From contig JBMNIH010000004.1 in NCBI GenBank assembly GCA_050950825.1, positions 288,001-352,000 of the forward strand: a stretch of 64,000 nucleotides of DNA, in the 5' to 3' direction. Positions within the stretch are counted from its first letter, which is position 1; each line of letters starts with the position of its first letter. The translations under genes and the position numbers were made by a program. This stretch comes from Clostridia bacterium (lineage in GTDB: Bacteria; Bacillota; Clostridia; JAAYHZ01). The notes under the pieces are model-generated. The model saw only the letters and a list, made by a program, of their open reading frames with translations. It did not search any database and was not told the origin of the DNA. Below are positions 39,853-49,523 of the stretch, piece by piece.

Positions 39853-39935
39853 AATTAATAATATTAAAAATTTATCAAATTCTAATTAAAAATATTAAAA
39901 TTATAATTGACATATTTAATAGGGGAGAATATAAT
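39853..39935 (+). promoter_or_regulatory. Consensus sigma-A promoter preceded by phased AT-rich direct repeats
   Basis: TTGACA(39907)-17-TATAAT(39930); AATTAATAATATTAAAA (39853) and AATTAAAAATATTAAAA (39884), 31 bp apart. Confidence 0.75.
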
Positions 39936-39997
39936 GATGCTGTGAGTCAGATGTCCGGCATCTCGCAAGAAAAATACTGTTGTAGCAGAATGGAGAT

Positions 39998-40258
39998 GTG
40001 TATAATATGAATAACCGTATTTATTTAAAAGAACATGAAAATTACAAGCGCATAAAAGAGGATGATATTAAGCGGTTTTGTGCTTATGAAAATTTGAACG
40101 AAGACTACATAAAAAGCACCTTAAGAAGATCGAGACCCTTGCTTTCTTTATGGAAAGCGTTGAAAAAGAGGTTGGCCCGCAAAAATTCGGCGACAGAGAA
40201 AACAGTGTTGCCTGCGGCGGAGAAACGTTCAATTAGGGTTTTGAAAACGGTAAAATGA
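39998..40258 (+). CDS. Small basic hypothetical protein
   Basis: 86 aa ORF between the promoter and the DUF2089 gene; GGAG upstream; start uncertain (39998 or 40007). Confidence 0.5.
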   Translation: MYNMNNRIYLKEHENYKRIKEDDIKRFCAYENLNEDYIKSTLRRSRPLLSLWKALKKRLARKNSATEKTVLPAAEKRSIRVLKTVK

Positions 40259-40274
40259 AAGGAAAGGGATATAT

Positions 40275-40667
40275 ATGAAATATGAAGTTCTCCACAAATG
40301 TCCGGTTTGCAGCAGCTCCCTCGTGATTACTTCGCTTGCTTGTGACAAGTGCAATACAAGAATAGAGGGACGGTTTGAACCAAATATCTTTTCCGTATTG
40401 GATGACAGCGATATGGAATTTCTCTTGGTTTTTCTTCGCTGCAGAGGAAGCATCAAAGATGTGGAAAAAGAACTGGGTGTTTCTTATCCGACGGTTCGAG
40501 GAAAGCTGGACCGATTAATACAAAACTTAGGTCTCAATCCGATTCAAACGCTAGAAGAGGATAATAAGGAAAGAGGGAAGAAACGAAAAGAAATCCTGGA
40601 GGCATTGGAGAAGGGCGAGATTTCACCGAAGGAAGCGATTGATTTGATGAAAAACGTGAAGGAGTAA
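40275..40667 (+). CDS. DUF2089 family regulator (zinc ribbon, HTH, SHOCT-like)
   Basis: CPVC..C..C.T.IEG.F, RGSIKDVEKELGVSYPTVRGKLD, ILEALEKGEIS..EA. Confidence 0.9.
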   Translation: MKYEVLHKCPVCSSSLVITSLACDKCNTRIEGRFEPNIFSVLDDSDMEFLLVFLRCRGSIKDVEKELGVSYPTVRGKLDRLIQNLGLNPIQTLEEDNKERGKKRKEILEALEKGEISPKEAIDLMKNVKE

Positions 40668-40685
40668 AAAAAGGAGGGTATAGAG

Positions 40686-41093
40686 ATGGATGAAAAACTG
40701 AAAATTCTGGAGATGATCGAAAGCGGAAAAATTTCGGCAAAGGAAGGGTTGGATTTACTGAAGGCGTTGGAAGGAGAAACTCATACCGAAGTAAAAAAGA
40801 TCCAAGGCCCCTCTTCCGGTTCAACAAAGAAGTATTTGAGGATTCGCGTAAGAAGCGAAGTGGAAGACGTTAAAAACGTCAATATCAACATCCCCTTGAA
40901 ATTGGCGAGATTGGCATCGAAGTTTGTAAATTTGGTGCCCAAGACCGCACGAGATGAAATGGAAGAACAGGGTATTCGTTTGGAGGACTTAAAATTAGAT
41001 GAGATCATCGATACCTTGGAAGAAGATGCGGAGCCTCTTCAGCTGGTGGATGTGAAGGGTGACGGGGTTAACGTGGATATTTCCATCGAGTAG
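40686..41093 (+). CDS. SHOCT-like (YvlB/LiaX N-terminal) domain protein
   Basis: MDEKLKILEMIESGKISAKEGLDLLKAL then LRIRV..VNINIPL. Confidence 0.8.
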   Translation: MDEKLKILEMIESGKISAKEGLDLLKALEGETHTEVKKIQGPSSGSTKKYLRIRVRSEVEDVKNVNINIPLKLARLASKFVNLVPKTARDEMEEQGIRLEDLKLDEIIDTLEEDAEPLQLVDVKGDGVNVDISIE

Positions 41094-41101
41094 GTAGCGT
41101 C

Positions 41102-41416
41102 ATGAGAGAAAATAAAGGTTGGTTTTTTCGAATAAAGGTGGATACCGGTAAGAAGTTCAAGATCAATATTCCGCTCCCCATCTATGTTTTCACCGAATGC
41201 TTCTACTCTCTGGAGGGTTGGTCTTTGATACTCGATTGGGCCCTACCTCGGTTGATGACCAAAAAAGCTTATGACGAAACCTTCGGAAGCTCCTTCGGCT
41301 TCTACAATTTGGTTCAACTGATAACAGGTGTATTTGAAACGCTGCAAGATTGCGGTAGATTTTCTTTAGTGGAAGTGGATTCCGGCGATGCGAAAGTATC
41401 CATTCAAATCTTTTAA
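41102..41416 (+). CDS. Hypothetical protein related to the C-terminal domain of the preceding gene
   Basis: FRIKV..KINIPLP ... LVEVDS..AKVSIQI parallels LRIRV..NINIPL ... LVDVKG..VDISIE. Confidence 0.65.
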   Translation: MRENKGWFFRIKVDTGKKFKINIPLPIYVFTECFYSLEGWSLILDWALPRLMTKKAYDETFGSSFGFYNLVQLITGVFETLQDCGRFSLVEVDSGDAKVSIQIF

Positions 41417-41432
41417 ATAGGAGGTAATTCTC

Positions 41433-41795
41433 GTGAGAAAACAGTTGATTATTATGCTTTGCTATGTTGCCGTCATTTTCTTATCCGTACTTATCTTTCC
41501 CGGAGTCGAGTTTCGATCCTTGTCCGCCATTGTCGGAATGGGAATTTTGTTGTGGCTGGTGAATTTGATTATCAAGCCCTTGCTGCTACTGATAACGTTG
41601 CCTTTAAATATCATCACGTTCGGTTTGATGAGCTTGTTCGTGAACACATGGACGATACGAATCGCAGACCGATTGGCCAAAGGATTTTCCTATCCGAATT
41701 TCGGAACCGCTTTTGTTACGGCCCTTATACTCATGGCGGTCCATTTGGTTTTGATTGACAACAAAGAATCCGTATTAATGAAGAAGCTGTCTTAA
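41433..41795 (+). CDS. YvlD-like membrane protein (phage holin family 4)
   Basis: LVNLIIKPLLLLITLPLNIITFGL..LFVN motif; 4 TM. Confidence 0.85.
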   Translation: MRKQLIIMLCYVAVIFLSVLIFPGVEFRSLSAIVGMGILLWLVNLIIKPLLLLITLPLNIITFGLMSLFVNTWTIRIADRLAKGFSYPNFGTAFVTALILMAVHLVLIDNKESVLMKKLS

Positions 41796-42604
41796 TCTTT
41801 GAAGAACAGCTTTCTTCTGTTTGCACAGCACTTGCAATCCTCGTGACGGCACAGCGCCAGTACCGGATATTTTTTAAAACAAGGGATTAAGGTTTTCATC
41901 ATACGATAAGAATCGATCAAGTACGATTCGGAAGGACCGATACTGCACTTCTTCATAATGTTTTTTTCCAGTAGCAAAGGGTCGAATATATCGAAGTTCT
42001 TACTGCAGCCCGGAATATATCTTGTCAAAGGATATTCTCTGACGGATCCGTCATCCTGTTCCGTCAAATAGACCGTTCCCTCGGGTAAGGGATAGGACGC
42101 TTCCAAATAAGGAGCATCGGCCAAATGCTCGACTACATGGATGCTCGAATTTCTCGTATTCTTCACGCCTAAAAGCAGAATTTTTCCGCCCATTAACGCC
42201 GCTTTATGAAAAGGAGTATTTTCTTCGAATGCATAGATAAAAGGGGAATGGTGCTCGATGAGCCAATCGGCTTTTTCACCCCATGCCGCCGCCGAATGGG
42301 TAGGATGCAAGCTTCTTTTGACGCCCTCCATTCTCCAAAAGGTGTCGGGAATGACGCCCGTATGTTTTTTGCATCCGGATTTTTTCGGATGAAAAGGTCC
42401 GTTGTCATTGCACGATAAGCTTGAGGTATGGGTAGGCATAATCAAAGCGCCTTTTTCCGTTATGATTTCCTGCAATGCGCGTATCACCGTTAACGCTCCG
42501 CCTTCCACATGGCCAAGACTAGACAAAGAGCTGTGAAGTGCCAAAACATCCCCTTTTTTTATACCGATAGAAGAAAATTCTTGTACCAGACGGTCAAAAT
42601 TCAT
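41792..42604 (-). CDS. AAC(3)-family (YokD-like) N-acetyltransferase
   Basis: GD...LHSSLSSLG.VEGG, LIMPTH, RSLHPTHS..AWG, GGKILLLGV...NSSIH..E. Confidence 0.9.
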   Translation of the reverse strand: MNFDRLVQEFSSIGIKKGDVLALHSSLSSLGHVEGGALTVIRALQEIITEKGALIMPTHTSSLSCNDNGPFHPKKSGCKKHTGVIPDTFWRMEGVKRSLHPTHSAAAWGEKADWLIEHHSPFIYAFEENTPFHKAALMGGKILLLGVKNTRNSSIHVVEHLADAPYLEASYPLPEGTVYLTEQDDGSVREYPLTRYIPGCSKNFDIFDPLLLEKNIMKKCSIGPSESYLIDSYRMMKTLIPCFKKYPVLALCRHEDCKCCANRRKLFFKD

Positions 42605-42749
42605 GCGTTCTCACCTTTTGCGGTTAATTTTAAATCAGTTTACCATAAAAAAAGAATAACGGCTATACGGATATAAGGTTAAGCGTTCCGGATAATGAAA
42701 AACGCAAGGACTAAAAAATACGAAGTCCTTGCGTTTTTTGTGCTATGCT

Positions 42750-44261
42750 CTAAACGCCCCAAGAAAATTGTGCGGTGGCACCGATACCTAAGTGGAACAT
42801 GAGGGGATGGTAGTTGTACCATGCGGTGGTAATCATTCCTAACGTTCCGGCCACCGCGCATCTTTCCGCGGCGGTTTTGATGTTGGGTATAAACCGCCAA
42901 TAATTAGGCAGCGTGTGGAAGTCGTCGCCGTTTCCAAGGCAGGTAGGTGCTCCGATGACTTGGAATCCTTTGTCCATGTAAAATTCGATATAGGGGTAGG
43001 CTTTGACACGTTTTGGGAACTCGTCGCCGAAATAGCCGCCGTATAAGTCCATGAATTTTTTGCTTAAGCTTTCTTTTAGATTCACGGGACGTATGAAGGT
43101 TTTCATGACGGATGCTTCCAAATCGGACAGCTCGTCTTTCCACAAGTCCTTCCATCTTTCGTCCGCCACTTGAACCGGTTTGCCGTTACGGTCATATCGG
43201 GCAATAAAATAGGGGCTCGGATTGCCGACGGTCCAATAATCCCAATACATAATGACCGTTCTTTTGTCCAACATATCCAAAGCTTCCGGATGAGCGCACA
43301 GCATATCGTCCCATATGATAGGCGTTAATCCTCTTGACAGGACATATTCGCATAACGAGTTCATATAGTCCACGTATAGCCTGCTGATGCCAAGGTTTTT
43401 CACTTTTTCCTTGCAAGCGGGGCATCGCCCTAAGCTTCGGGCCTCGTCTCCGCCTAAGTGTATGTATCGTATGCCGGGATGAGCTTCGATCATTTGATCC
43501 AATAACCCGGTTACAACGCGGAAGGATTCCGGATTTAAAGGACATATTTGCGCCGGGGAATCTCCGTTCTCCCGGATGCTTTGATATCCGTCCAATGTCA
43601 CCATGTATTCAAGATGGCCGATGGTTTGCTGAAGGGGTATAATTTCCATGTCCAATTCCTTGGCTTTTCGGTTGATTTTTTGAATGTCTTCTTCTTTCAA
43701 TGTGGTATTTACCGCCAAGTCCTTGTTTTTCGCAAAGGGGAATCGATTGGAGTATTCGATCAATAGGGTATTCAATTTCATTTCGGCGGCTTTTTCCATG
43801 GCGTATAACGCTTCGCCGATATCCATTTGGCGATAGCTGTCGAAATTGATATGGAATCCTCTCATACCCAACGAAGGCCGGTCTTCCACGATCCCTTGGG
43901 GCGGTTTGCCGTCGGGAGACAGTTGCCACAAGGTCTGCATACCGTATTGAATTCCTCTTATGGAGCCTGCCGTTAAAGCAATTTGCCCTTCGCGTATTCG
44001 AATGGTATAGGCTTCCTTCTCCAGTTTCGAATCGATGCTCCAAAGGATCCTGCCGCCGTCATTTGCGGGTTCGGAAGATAAACGATATTTTTCTTTCCAT
44101 ACTCGGGAAAGCTCTTGAACCTTCGGTTCGTTTGCATCGGAGAGGTTGTCGAGCTTTAGAGTCCAATTTCGGGTCAGACTTATCAAACCGCCGTCAAATA
44201 CGGCTTTTTTGGGCATGGGCATAACCCTTTTATGTCGGTCGGCAATGCTTCCGGTAATCAT
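42750..44261 (-). CDS. GH20 family hexosaminidase-like protein
   Basis: EAYTIRI..G..YG.QTL.Q domain 2, D.P....RGFH, IIPLQQTIGHLE, catalytic HLGGDEA. Confidence 0.8.
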   Translation of the reverse strand: MITGSIADRHKRVMPMPKKAVFDGGLISLTRNWTLKLDNLSDANEPKVQELSRVWKEKYRLSSEPANDGGRILWSIDSKLEKEAYTIRIREGQIALTAGSIRGIQYGMQTLWQLSPDGKPPQGIVEDRPSLGMRGFHINFDSYRQMDIGEALYAMEKAAEMKLNTLLIEYSNRFPFAKNKDLAVNTTLKEEDIQKINRKAKELDMEIIPLQQTIGHLEYMVTLDGYQSIRENGDSPAQICPLNPESFRVVTGLLDQMIEAHPGIRYIHLGGDEARSLGRCPACKEKVKNLGISRLYVDYMNSLCEYVLSRGLTPIIWDDMLCAHPEALDMLDKRTVIMYWDYWTVGNPSPYFIARYDRNGKPVQVADERWKDLWKDELSDLEASVMKTFIRPVNLKESLSKKFMDLYGGYFGDEFPKRVKAYPYIEFYMDKGFQVIGAPTCLGNGDDFHTLPNYWRFIPNIKTAAERCAVAGTLGMITTAWYNYHPLMFHLGIGATAQFSWGV

Positions 44262-44288
44262 AACGAAATCCTCCTATTCGAATTCAAT

Positions 44289-45746
44289 CTATTCCGTAAA
44301 CAAGCTTTTGTAAAAATCACTTTCCTTGTTCATATAGTTCGAAAGCTTATCATAAGGAATCAAGGCGGTAGGAAATCCGGCAGCATAAGGCGCAATGTCG
44401 TACTGCTGGTAATAAATCTTCAAGCCATCTGCCGTTACGGCGGCATAGTATTCCTCACGGTAGAACTCTTCCAACCTTTCTTCCTCGGGAGCGTCGTCGC
44501 CGATATACAAAAAGATATCGGGCGTTTCCAAAAACACTTGGTTTACAAGCTTGGCTATGGCCATTCTCCAATCCGTATCTTCTTTAAACAAATCCTCCAA
44601 TCGATATTGCTTGCCCGTTGTCTTGTCCAAATAATAGGAGAGGATATAGGAGTTAGGGTGGGCGGCTCCGAACCCGTACCAATAACCTTCAAAATCCAAA
44701 TTCAAGATATTGTTGACGGTTTGAATGCCGTAGCTTACCGACAGCGTTCTCGTAATTTCCGCTGCAGGAGGATCGCCGTGAAGAGGGGTGTCAAGCGCCG
44801 ATTCATCTCCGATAATTCCGTCTAAAATATTGGCCATGCTTTGATTCAATTCATCGGCAAGAGCATTGTCGTCTCCATGGAAGACAGGATAAAAGTAGCT
44901 AGTACCGATGTAGGGAGAGTAGATTTCCGTGGTGTAGAATAAAGAATCGGATATTTTTTCTTCACCCATATATTGATCGATTACTTTCCCCTCCGGCGAT
45001 ACGGTAATAACGATGCGGTCGTTCATGCCTTCGTAAGGCTTTAAAACGATATTGCCGTCTTTGACGGATACATCGGCATAAAACCGAAATACGGGGCTGT
45101 TTTCAATGTATTGTCCCTTCGAATCGATAAACAGGGTGTATCGGCCGTTGTTGGCGACAAAAAGATCCTCCGTTATTTCCTTCGCATCGTAGAATTCCGG
45201 CTCCGTCAGATGATTGCCGTTTTCATCGGTAAAGCGGTATTTGATCATGTTCCAACCGCTGGGGCCGTACTGAGGAAACAGTTCTTTCGGCTCGGATGTT
45301 AAATAGCGGTATTTCCCGGCTCGTAAAATAATGCCTTCCGGCGGAATCACATAATTTCCTTCGGGATCGATCAATCCGAACAATCCTTCGTTGAGCAGGC
45401 CGTAAGAATCCTCATCGGGATTCGGTATTCGGACGATACCGCGATTACCCTCGAAATCTTCCGCATAAGAAAATTGTGGTTTGATAACCGTGTTGTTTTC
45501 GGAATCCTTGTAACCGTACAATTCTCCTTCTTTATAAGCAATAAGGCGAACCTCTTTTTTCGTTTCTTCCTTTGATGTCTCCGGAACGCCGGTCGTTTCT
45601 TTCGTTGTTGTTTCTTTAACCGATTCCGTACCGACGGTAGCGGTTGTGTTCCCTTTTGTTTCTTGAGCAGGTCTGCATCCTGCAAAAAGAAGCAGTAAGC
45701 TTAGTATCCATGTTAAAATAGCAGCTGTTTTTCCTCGGTTTTTCAT
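44289..45746 (-). CDS. Lipoprotein with WG repeats and RsiV/DUF3298-like C-terminus
   Basis: Lipobox FAGC, Thr/Glu linker, LYGY.D...VIKPQF..A.DF and FGLID..G..VIPP repeats, GAAHPN, YDIAPYAAG. Confidence 0.8.
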   Translation of the reverse strand: MKNRGKTAAILTWILSLLLLFAGCRPAQETKGNTTATVGTESVKETTTKETTGVPETSKEETKKEVRLIAYKEGELYGYKDSENNTVIKPQFSYAEDFEGNRGIVRIPNPDEDSYGLLNEGLFGLIDPEGNYVIPPEGIILRAGKYRYLTSEPKELFPQYGPSGWNMIKYRFTDENGNHLTEPEFYDAKEITEDLFVANNGRYTLFIDSKGQYIENSPVFRFYADVSVKDGNIVLKPYEGMNDRIVITVSPEGKVIDQYMGEEKISDSLFYTTEIYSPYIGTSYFYPVFHGDDNALADELNQSMANILDGIIGDESALDTPLHGDPPAAEITRTLSVSYGIQTVNNILNLDFEGYWYGFGAAHPNSYILSYYLDKTTGKQYRLEDLFKEDTDWRMAIAKLVNQVFLETPDIFLYIGDDAPEEERLEEFYREEYYAAVTADGLKIYYQQYDIAPYAAGFPTALIPYDKLSNYMNKESDFYKSLFTE

Positions 45747-45783
45747 ATGTCCTTTTTAACCTTCTTTTCGCTTTTCGTTTATT

Positions 45784-46650
45784 TTATACGAGAGATAAGC
45801 AATACATACCGATATCGTAGCCGATTTTGGCAATGGAATCTCTCAATCGGTCCGGTAAACGGTTGAATTCGTTGTGGGTTTCGTATACGAAATCGCCTTC
45901 GTACCCGATTTCCTTTAAAACCGGCATCACGGAGTGCCAATCGATGGTGCCGTGGAAGGGAAACAGGTGGTCGTCGCCCGAACCGCGGTTGTCGTTTACG
46001 TGGGTAGCTTTTAAATGGGATCCGAGAGTGCGGAGTGCAAAGGTTTGATCCGGGTAAAGCAGGTTTCCGTGGCCGAAATCCCAGCATGCGCCTACAAGAG
46101 GATCATTGTAGGACTCGACCAATGCTTTCAGCTCTTGTGCCGTGCATGCAAATCTTCTTTTTCGAGATCCTTCCACCATGTTCTCAAAAGCGATTCCTAC
46201 CCCGTGCTTTATGGCAAGCTCCACATAAGAATCAAAGTATTCCCGATTCTTTTTGATGCTTGCCTCCGTATCAAAAAAGGCTCTTTGTTTTTCATCGACA
46301 GGATGCATAATTGCCCATTTTACGCCTAATATGGCGCTGGCCATTATCGACCTTTTCATCATTTCATCGTAGATCTCCTGCACCTCGGGCGAAGCTTCCC
46401 GAATATCGCCTACGAAAACGGGATGGGATTGGACGAAGTCTACGTTCAGCTTTTCTCCTGTGTTTCGCAAATCATACATGATGGATTCCCAGTTATCGGC
46501 GGCCAAATCCCCCGCCGGTCGCAAAGCGTGGCAAAAGTTAACGTCAATAACATAAAATCCGGCATCTACACATCTTCGGACGGATTCCGCATACGGTATA
46601 TAACCTTGTTCATTAACGGTGAAAAAATTAGTGGATGTGCCTAGTCTCAT
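45784..46650 (-). CDS. Sugar phosphate isomerase/epimerase (TIM barrel)
   Basis: QSHP, IAFENM, CWDFGH, HVNDN.G..DDHL.PF.GTIDW, GYEG...YE. Confidence 0.85.
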   Translation of the reverse strand: MRLGTSTNFFTVNEQGYIPYAESVRRCVDAGFYVIDVNFCHALRPAGDLAADNWESIMYDLRNTGEKLNVDFVQSHPVFVGDIREASPEVQEIYDEMMKRSIMASAILGVKWAIMHPVDEKQRAFFDTEASIKKNREYFDSYVELAIKHGVGIAFENMVEGSRKRRFACTAQELKALVESYNDPLVGACWDFGHGNLLYPDQTFALRTLGSHLKATHVNDNRGSGDDHLFPFHGTIDWHSVMPVLKEIGYEGDFVYETHNEFNRLPDRLRDSIAKIGYDIGMYCLSLV

Positions 46651-46828
46651 GATCGTATCCCCCCGTATATTTATATTCTTAGAATATAGCAAGCAATGGC
46701 TTTGGTCAAGTAAAGAAATTTAACGTAAAAAGCCGCCATGACCGGAAAAGAATATGATAAAATGGTGCATAAGCAAAAGCGGCACCGAAAACGGTTTTAT
46801 ACGAAGAAAAGAGAAAGGAGCAAATCGG

Positions 46829-47569
46829 ATGAATATCGTTATTTCCAAAAATCCGCAAGAATTAGGTAAAAAAGCGGCGAAGCATACGGCGGAGTTATTG
46901 AATAAAGCCATTAGCGAGAAAGGCAGTGCAAGAATCGTTTTGTCTACGGGAGCATCCCAGTTTGACACCCTCAAAGAATTGGTGAAACAGGATGTAGATT
47001 GGAGCAAGGTGGAAATGTTCCACTTGGACGAGTATGTGAACCTTTCCGAAAGCCATCCTGCAAGCTTTCGTAAATACTTGAAAGAGCGCTTTGTACAGCA
47101 GGTTCCTTTGAAAAAAGCATGGTTTGTGAACGGGGAGGGAGACGTTCAAAAAAATATTCAAGAGCTGACCGATGCCATACGACAAGCGCCAATCGACGTG
47201 GCTTTAATCGGAATCGGAGAGAACGCCCATATTGCCTTCAACGATCCTCCGGCGGATTTTGATACGAAAGAAGCCTATATCGTAGTCACCTTGGACGACG
47301 ATTGCAAAAAGCAACAGGTAAGAGAAGGCTGGTTCCCGACCACGGACGATGTGCCGAAGCAAGCCATATCCATGTCCGTATACCAAATCATGCAAAGCAA
47401 GGTCATCATCTCCTGCGTTCCTTATGAGGTAAAAGCGAAAGCCGTGAAAGCAACTCTTGAGAACGATACCACCAATCGAATACCGGCTACCATCTTGAAG
47501 GAACACCCCGATTTTACCCTATATATTGACGAAGATTCGGCTTCCTTACTGCCGAAAGACAAATATTAA
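46829..47569 (+). CDS. Glucosamine-6-phosphate deaminase family protein
   Basis: STGASQ, FHLDEY, HPASFR.YL, GIGENAHIAFNDP, PATIL..H; AAGGAG RBS. Confidence 0.88.
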   Translation: MNIVISKNPQELGKKAAKHTAELLNKAISEKGSARIVLSTGASQFDTLKELVKQDVDWSKVEMFHLDEYVNLSESHPASFRKYLKERFVQQVPLKKAWFVNGEGDVQKNIQELTDAIRQAPIDVALIGIGENAHIAFNDPPADFDTKEAYIVVTLDDDCKKQQVREGWFPTTDDVPKQAISMSVYQIMQSKVIISCVPYEVKAKAVKATLENDTTNRIPATILKEHPDFTLYIDEDSASLLPKDKY

Positions 47570-47626
47570 AAATGATTGCTGATAACTGCGGGATTTTCCC
47601 GCAGTAATTTTTCAAAGGGAAAAATT

Positions 47627-48571
47627 ATGCCTAGACCCCGAAGAGAATACGTTTTATCCAATCCCGTCGGGATTGTTCATATCGGAGATCCTTTCGTTTT
47701 GTACGATAACGGAACCTTCTACTTATACGCCACCTCGTCAAAAATCGGATTCAAGGTGTGGAGCTCCGTCGACCTAAAAAATTGGATGGAGCATCCGGAA
47801 TGCTACGAAAGAACGGAAAACTCATTCGGCTACAAAGATTTTTGGGCTCCCGAGGTTCTTTTCCATAAGGGTCGATACATCATGCACTATACCGCCCGCC
47901 GAAAGCGGGACGACCGTTTATGCATCGGTGTTGCCGTCTCCGAATCTCCGTTAGGTCCTTTTTCGGACCTTCGAAACGAACCCATTGCGGATTTCGGATA
48001 TGCCGCTATCGACGGACATGTTTTTATGGACGATGACGGTAAGAATTATTTGTATTTCTCCAAGGACTGCTCGGAGAATATTACGGATAACAGGCACGAA
48101 AGCCGGATTTATGCGGCCTTATTAAACGATGATTTGGACCGTATCGTATCCGAACCGATTCTTTTGACAAAGCCTGAAAAACCGTGGGAAACGCTTTCCG
48201 GACCGGATTGGCTGTGGAACGAAGGCCCTTTCGTATTAAAAAGAAACAACCGGTATTACCTCATGTATTCGGCCAATTGCTATGCTACCAAGGAATACTG
48301 TATCTGCTATGCCGTTTCGGATCGGCCTTTAGGCCCGTTTGTAAAAAGCGAGGACAATCCCATTCTAAAGTACAGGGAAGGGGTGTCCGGACCGGGACAC
48401 AACAGCGTTTTTCGAATCGGAGAAAGCTTGGTATGTGCATACCATGTACACACCGATTGCAATAAGCCCGGCGGGGACAGGCAGGTGTTCTTTGACAAAA
48501 TATATTTCGAAGGTGACAAGCTGCGGATCGAAGGGCCGACAATCGGAAAAGAAACGATTTATCGTGTATAG
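47627..48571 (+). CDS. GH43 family glycoside hydrolase
   Basis: GDPFV, FWAPEV, AIDGHVF.DDDG, NEGPFV, GPGHNS five-blade propeller motifs. Confidence 0.9.
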   Translation: MPRPRREYVLSNPVGIVHIGDPFVLYDNGTFYLYATSSKIGFKVWSSVDLKNWMEHPECYERTENSFGYKDFWAPEVLFHKGRYIMHYTARRKRDDRLCIGVAVSESPLGPFSDLRNEPIADFGYAAIDGHVFMDDDGKNYLYFSKDCSENITDNRHESRIYAALLNDDLDRIVSEPILLTKPEKPWETLSGPDWLWNEGPFVLKRNNRYYLMYSANCYATKEYCICYAVSDRPLGPFVKSEDNPILKYREGVSGPGHNSVFRIGESLVCAYHVHTDCNKPGGDRQVFFDKIYFEGDKLRIEGPTIGKETIYRV

Positions 48572-48578
48572 CGATTTT

Positions 48579-49445
48579 TCAGAATAGAGGCAATTGGGTA
48601 AAGGAGGGCTCGGGAAATTCGCTTAAAAAACGAAAAATTTGATCGACATCGTGCATCACGCCGTGAGCTTCGCATTTTTCATGGAATATTTTCATTAACG
48701 AAGGGTGGTTGTCGCTTAAGCAGACGTAAGATGTACCGAATTTTCGTATGTATTTTTGCTTTAACCCGGGAAACCGAAGGTCTAACGCTTGGTAAAAATA
48801 CTCACGATTGCCTTCTCTTAACGTAAGCCCCATACCGAAATTCAATATTCCTTTTACTCCAACGTCGAAGCAGTAATCCAATAATTTTATCAGATTTTCT
48901 TCGGTATCATTTATAAAGGGCAAAATCGGAGAAAGCCACACCACGGTGTCGATCCCGTTTTCCCGCATGATTTTTAACGTTTCGACTCTTTTTTGGGTGT
49001 TGCATACGTTCGGTTCGAGGATTTCACACAAATGAGGGTCTGCCGTTGTCAGAGTCATCTCCACTACACACTTGGCTTGTTTTTGGATGCTTATCAAAAG
49101 GTCCAAATCTCTTAAGATTCGATCGGATTTGGTTTGGATGGAAAGACCGAAGCCGTAGCGATCAATGATTTCCAAACACTTTCGTGTAAGCTTTAACTCC
49201 TCTTCGCAGTGCATGTAGGGGTCGCACATGGCACCGGTTTTGATCATGCAGCGCTTTCTTTTTTTGCTCAAGGCTTTTTCCAACAACCCGGGAGCGTTTT
49301 GCTTGACTTCGATGTCTTCGAAATCATGCTTCATTTGGTAGCATAGGCTTCGGCTGTCGCAATAGATGCAGCCGTGGGTGCAGCCACGGTAGATATTCAT
49401 ACCGTTTTGAGGAGATAAAATTCCTTTGGCATTGACAAAATGCAT
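48579..49445 (-). CDS. Radical SAM protein, SPL/Rv2578c-like
   Basis: NIYRGCTHGCIYCD CxxxCxxC motif, DPY..E, TKS..ILRD.D, LEPN. Confidence 0.88.
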   Translation of the reverse strand: MHFVNAKGILSPQNGMNIYRGCTHGCIYCDSRSLCYQMKHDFEDIEVKQNAPGLLEKALSKKRKRCMIKTGAMCDPYMHCEEELKLTRKCLEIIDRYGFGLSIQTKSDRILRDLDLLISIQKQAKCVVEMTLTTADPHLCEILEPNVCNTQKRVETLKIMRENGIDTVVWLSPILPFINDTEENLIKLLDYCFDVGVKGILNFGMGLTLREGNREYFYQALDLRFPGLKQKYIRKFGTSYVCLSDNHPSLMKIFHEKCEAHGVMHDVDQIFRFLSEFPEPSFTQLPLF

Positions 49446-49523
49446 AGATTTCGTAATCTCCTTACTATGAAATAGTAAAAAAGCCGATTACAAGGAGTTT
49501 GTAACCGGCTCCGTCTTTATTTT

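Noticed and set aside
41433-41795. Holin as evidence of a prophage
   Set aside because: YvlD-type membrane protein in a stress operon; no phage genes nearby.
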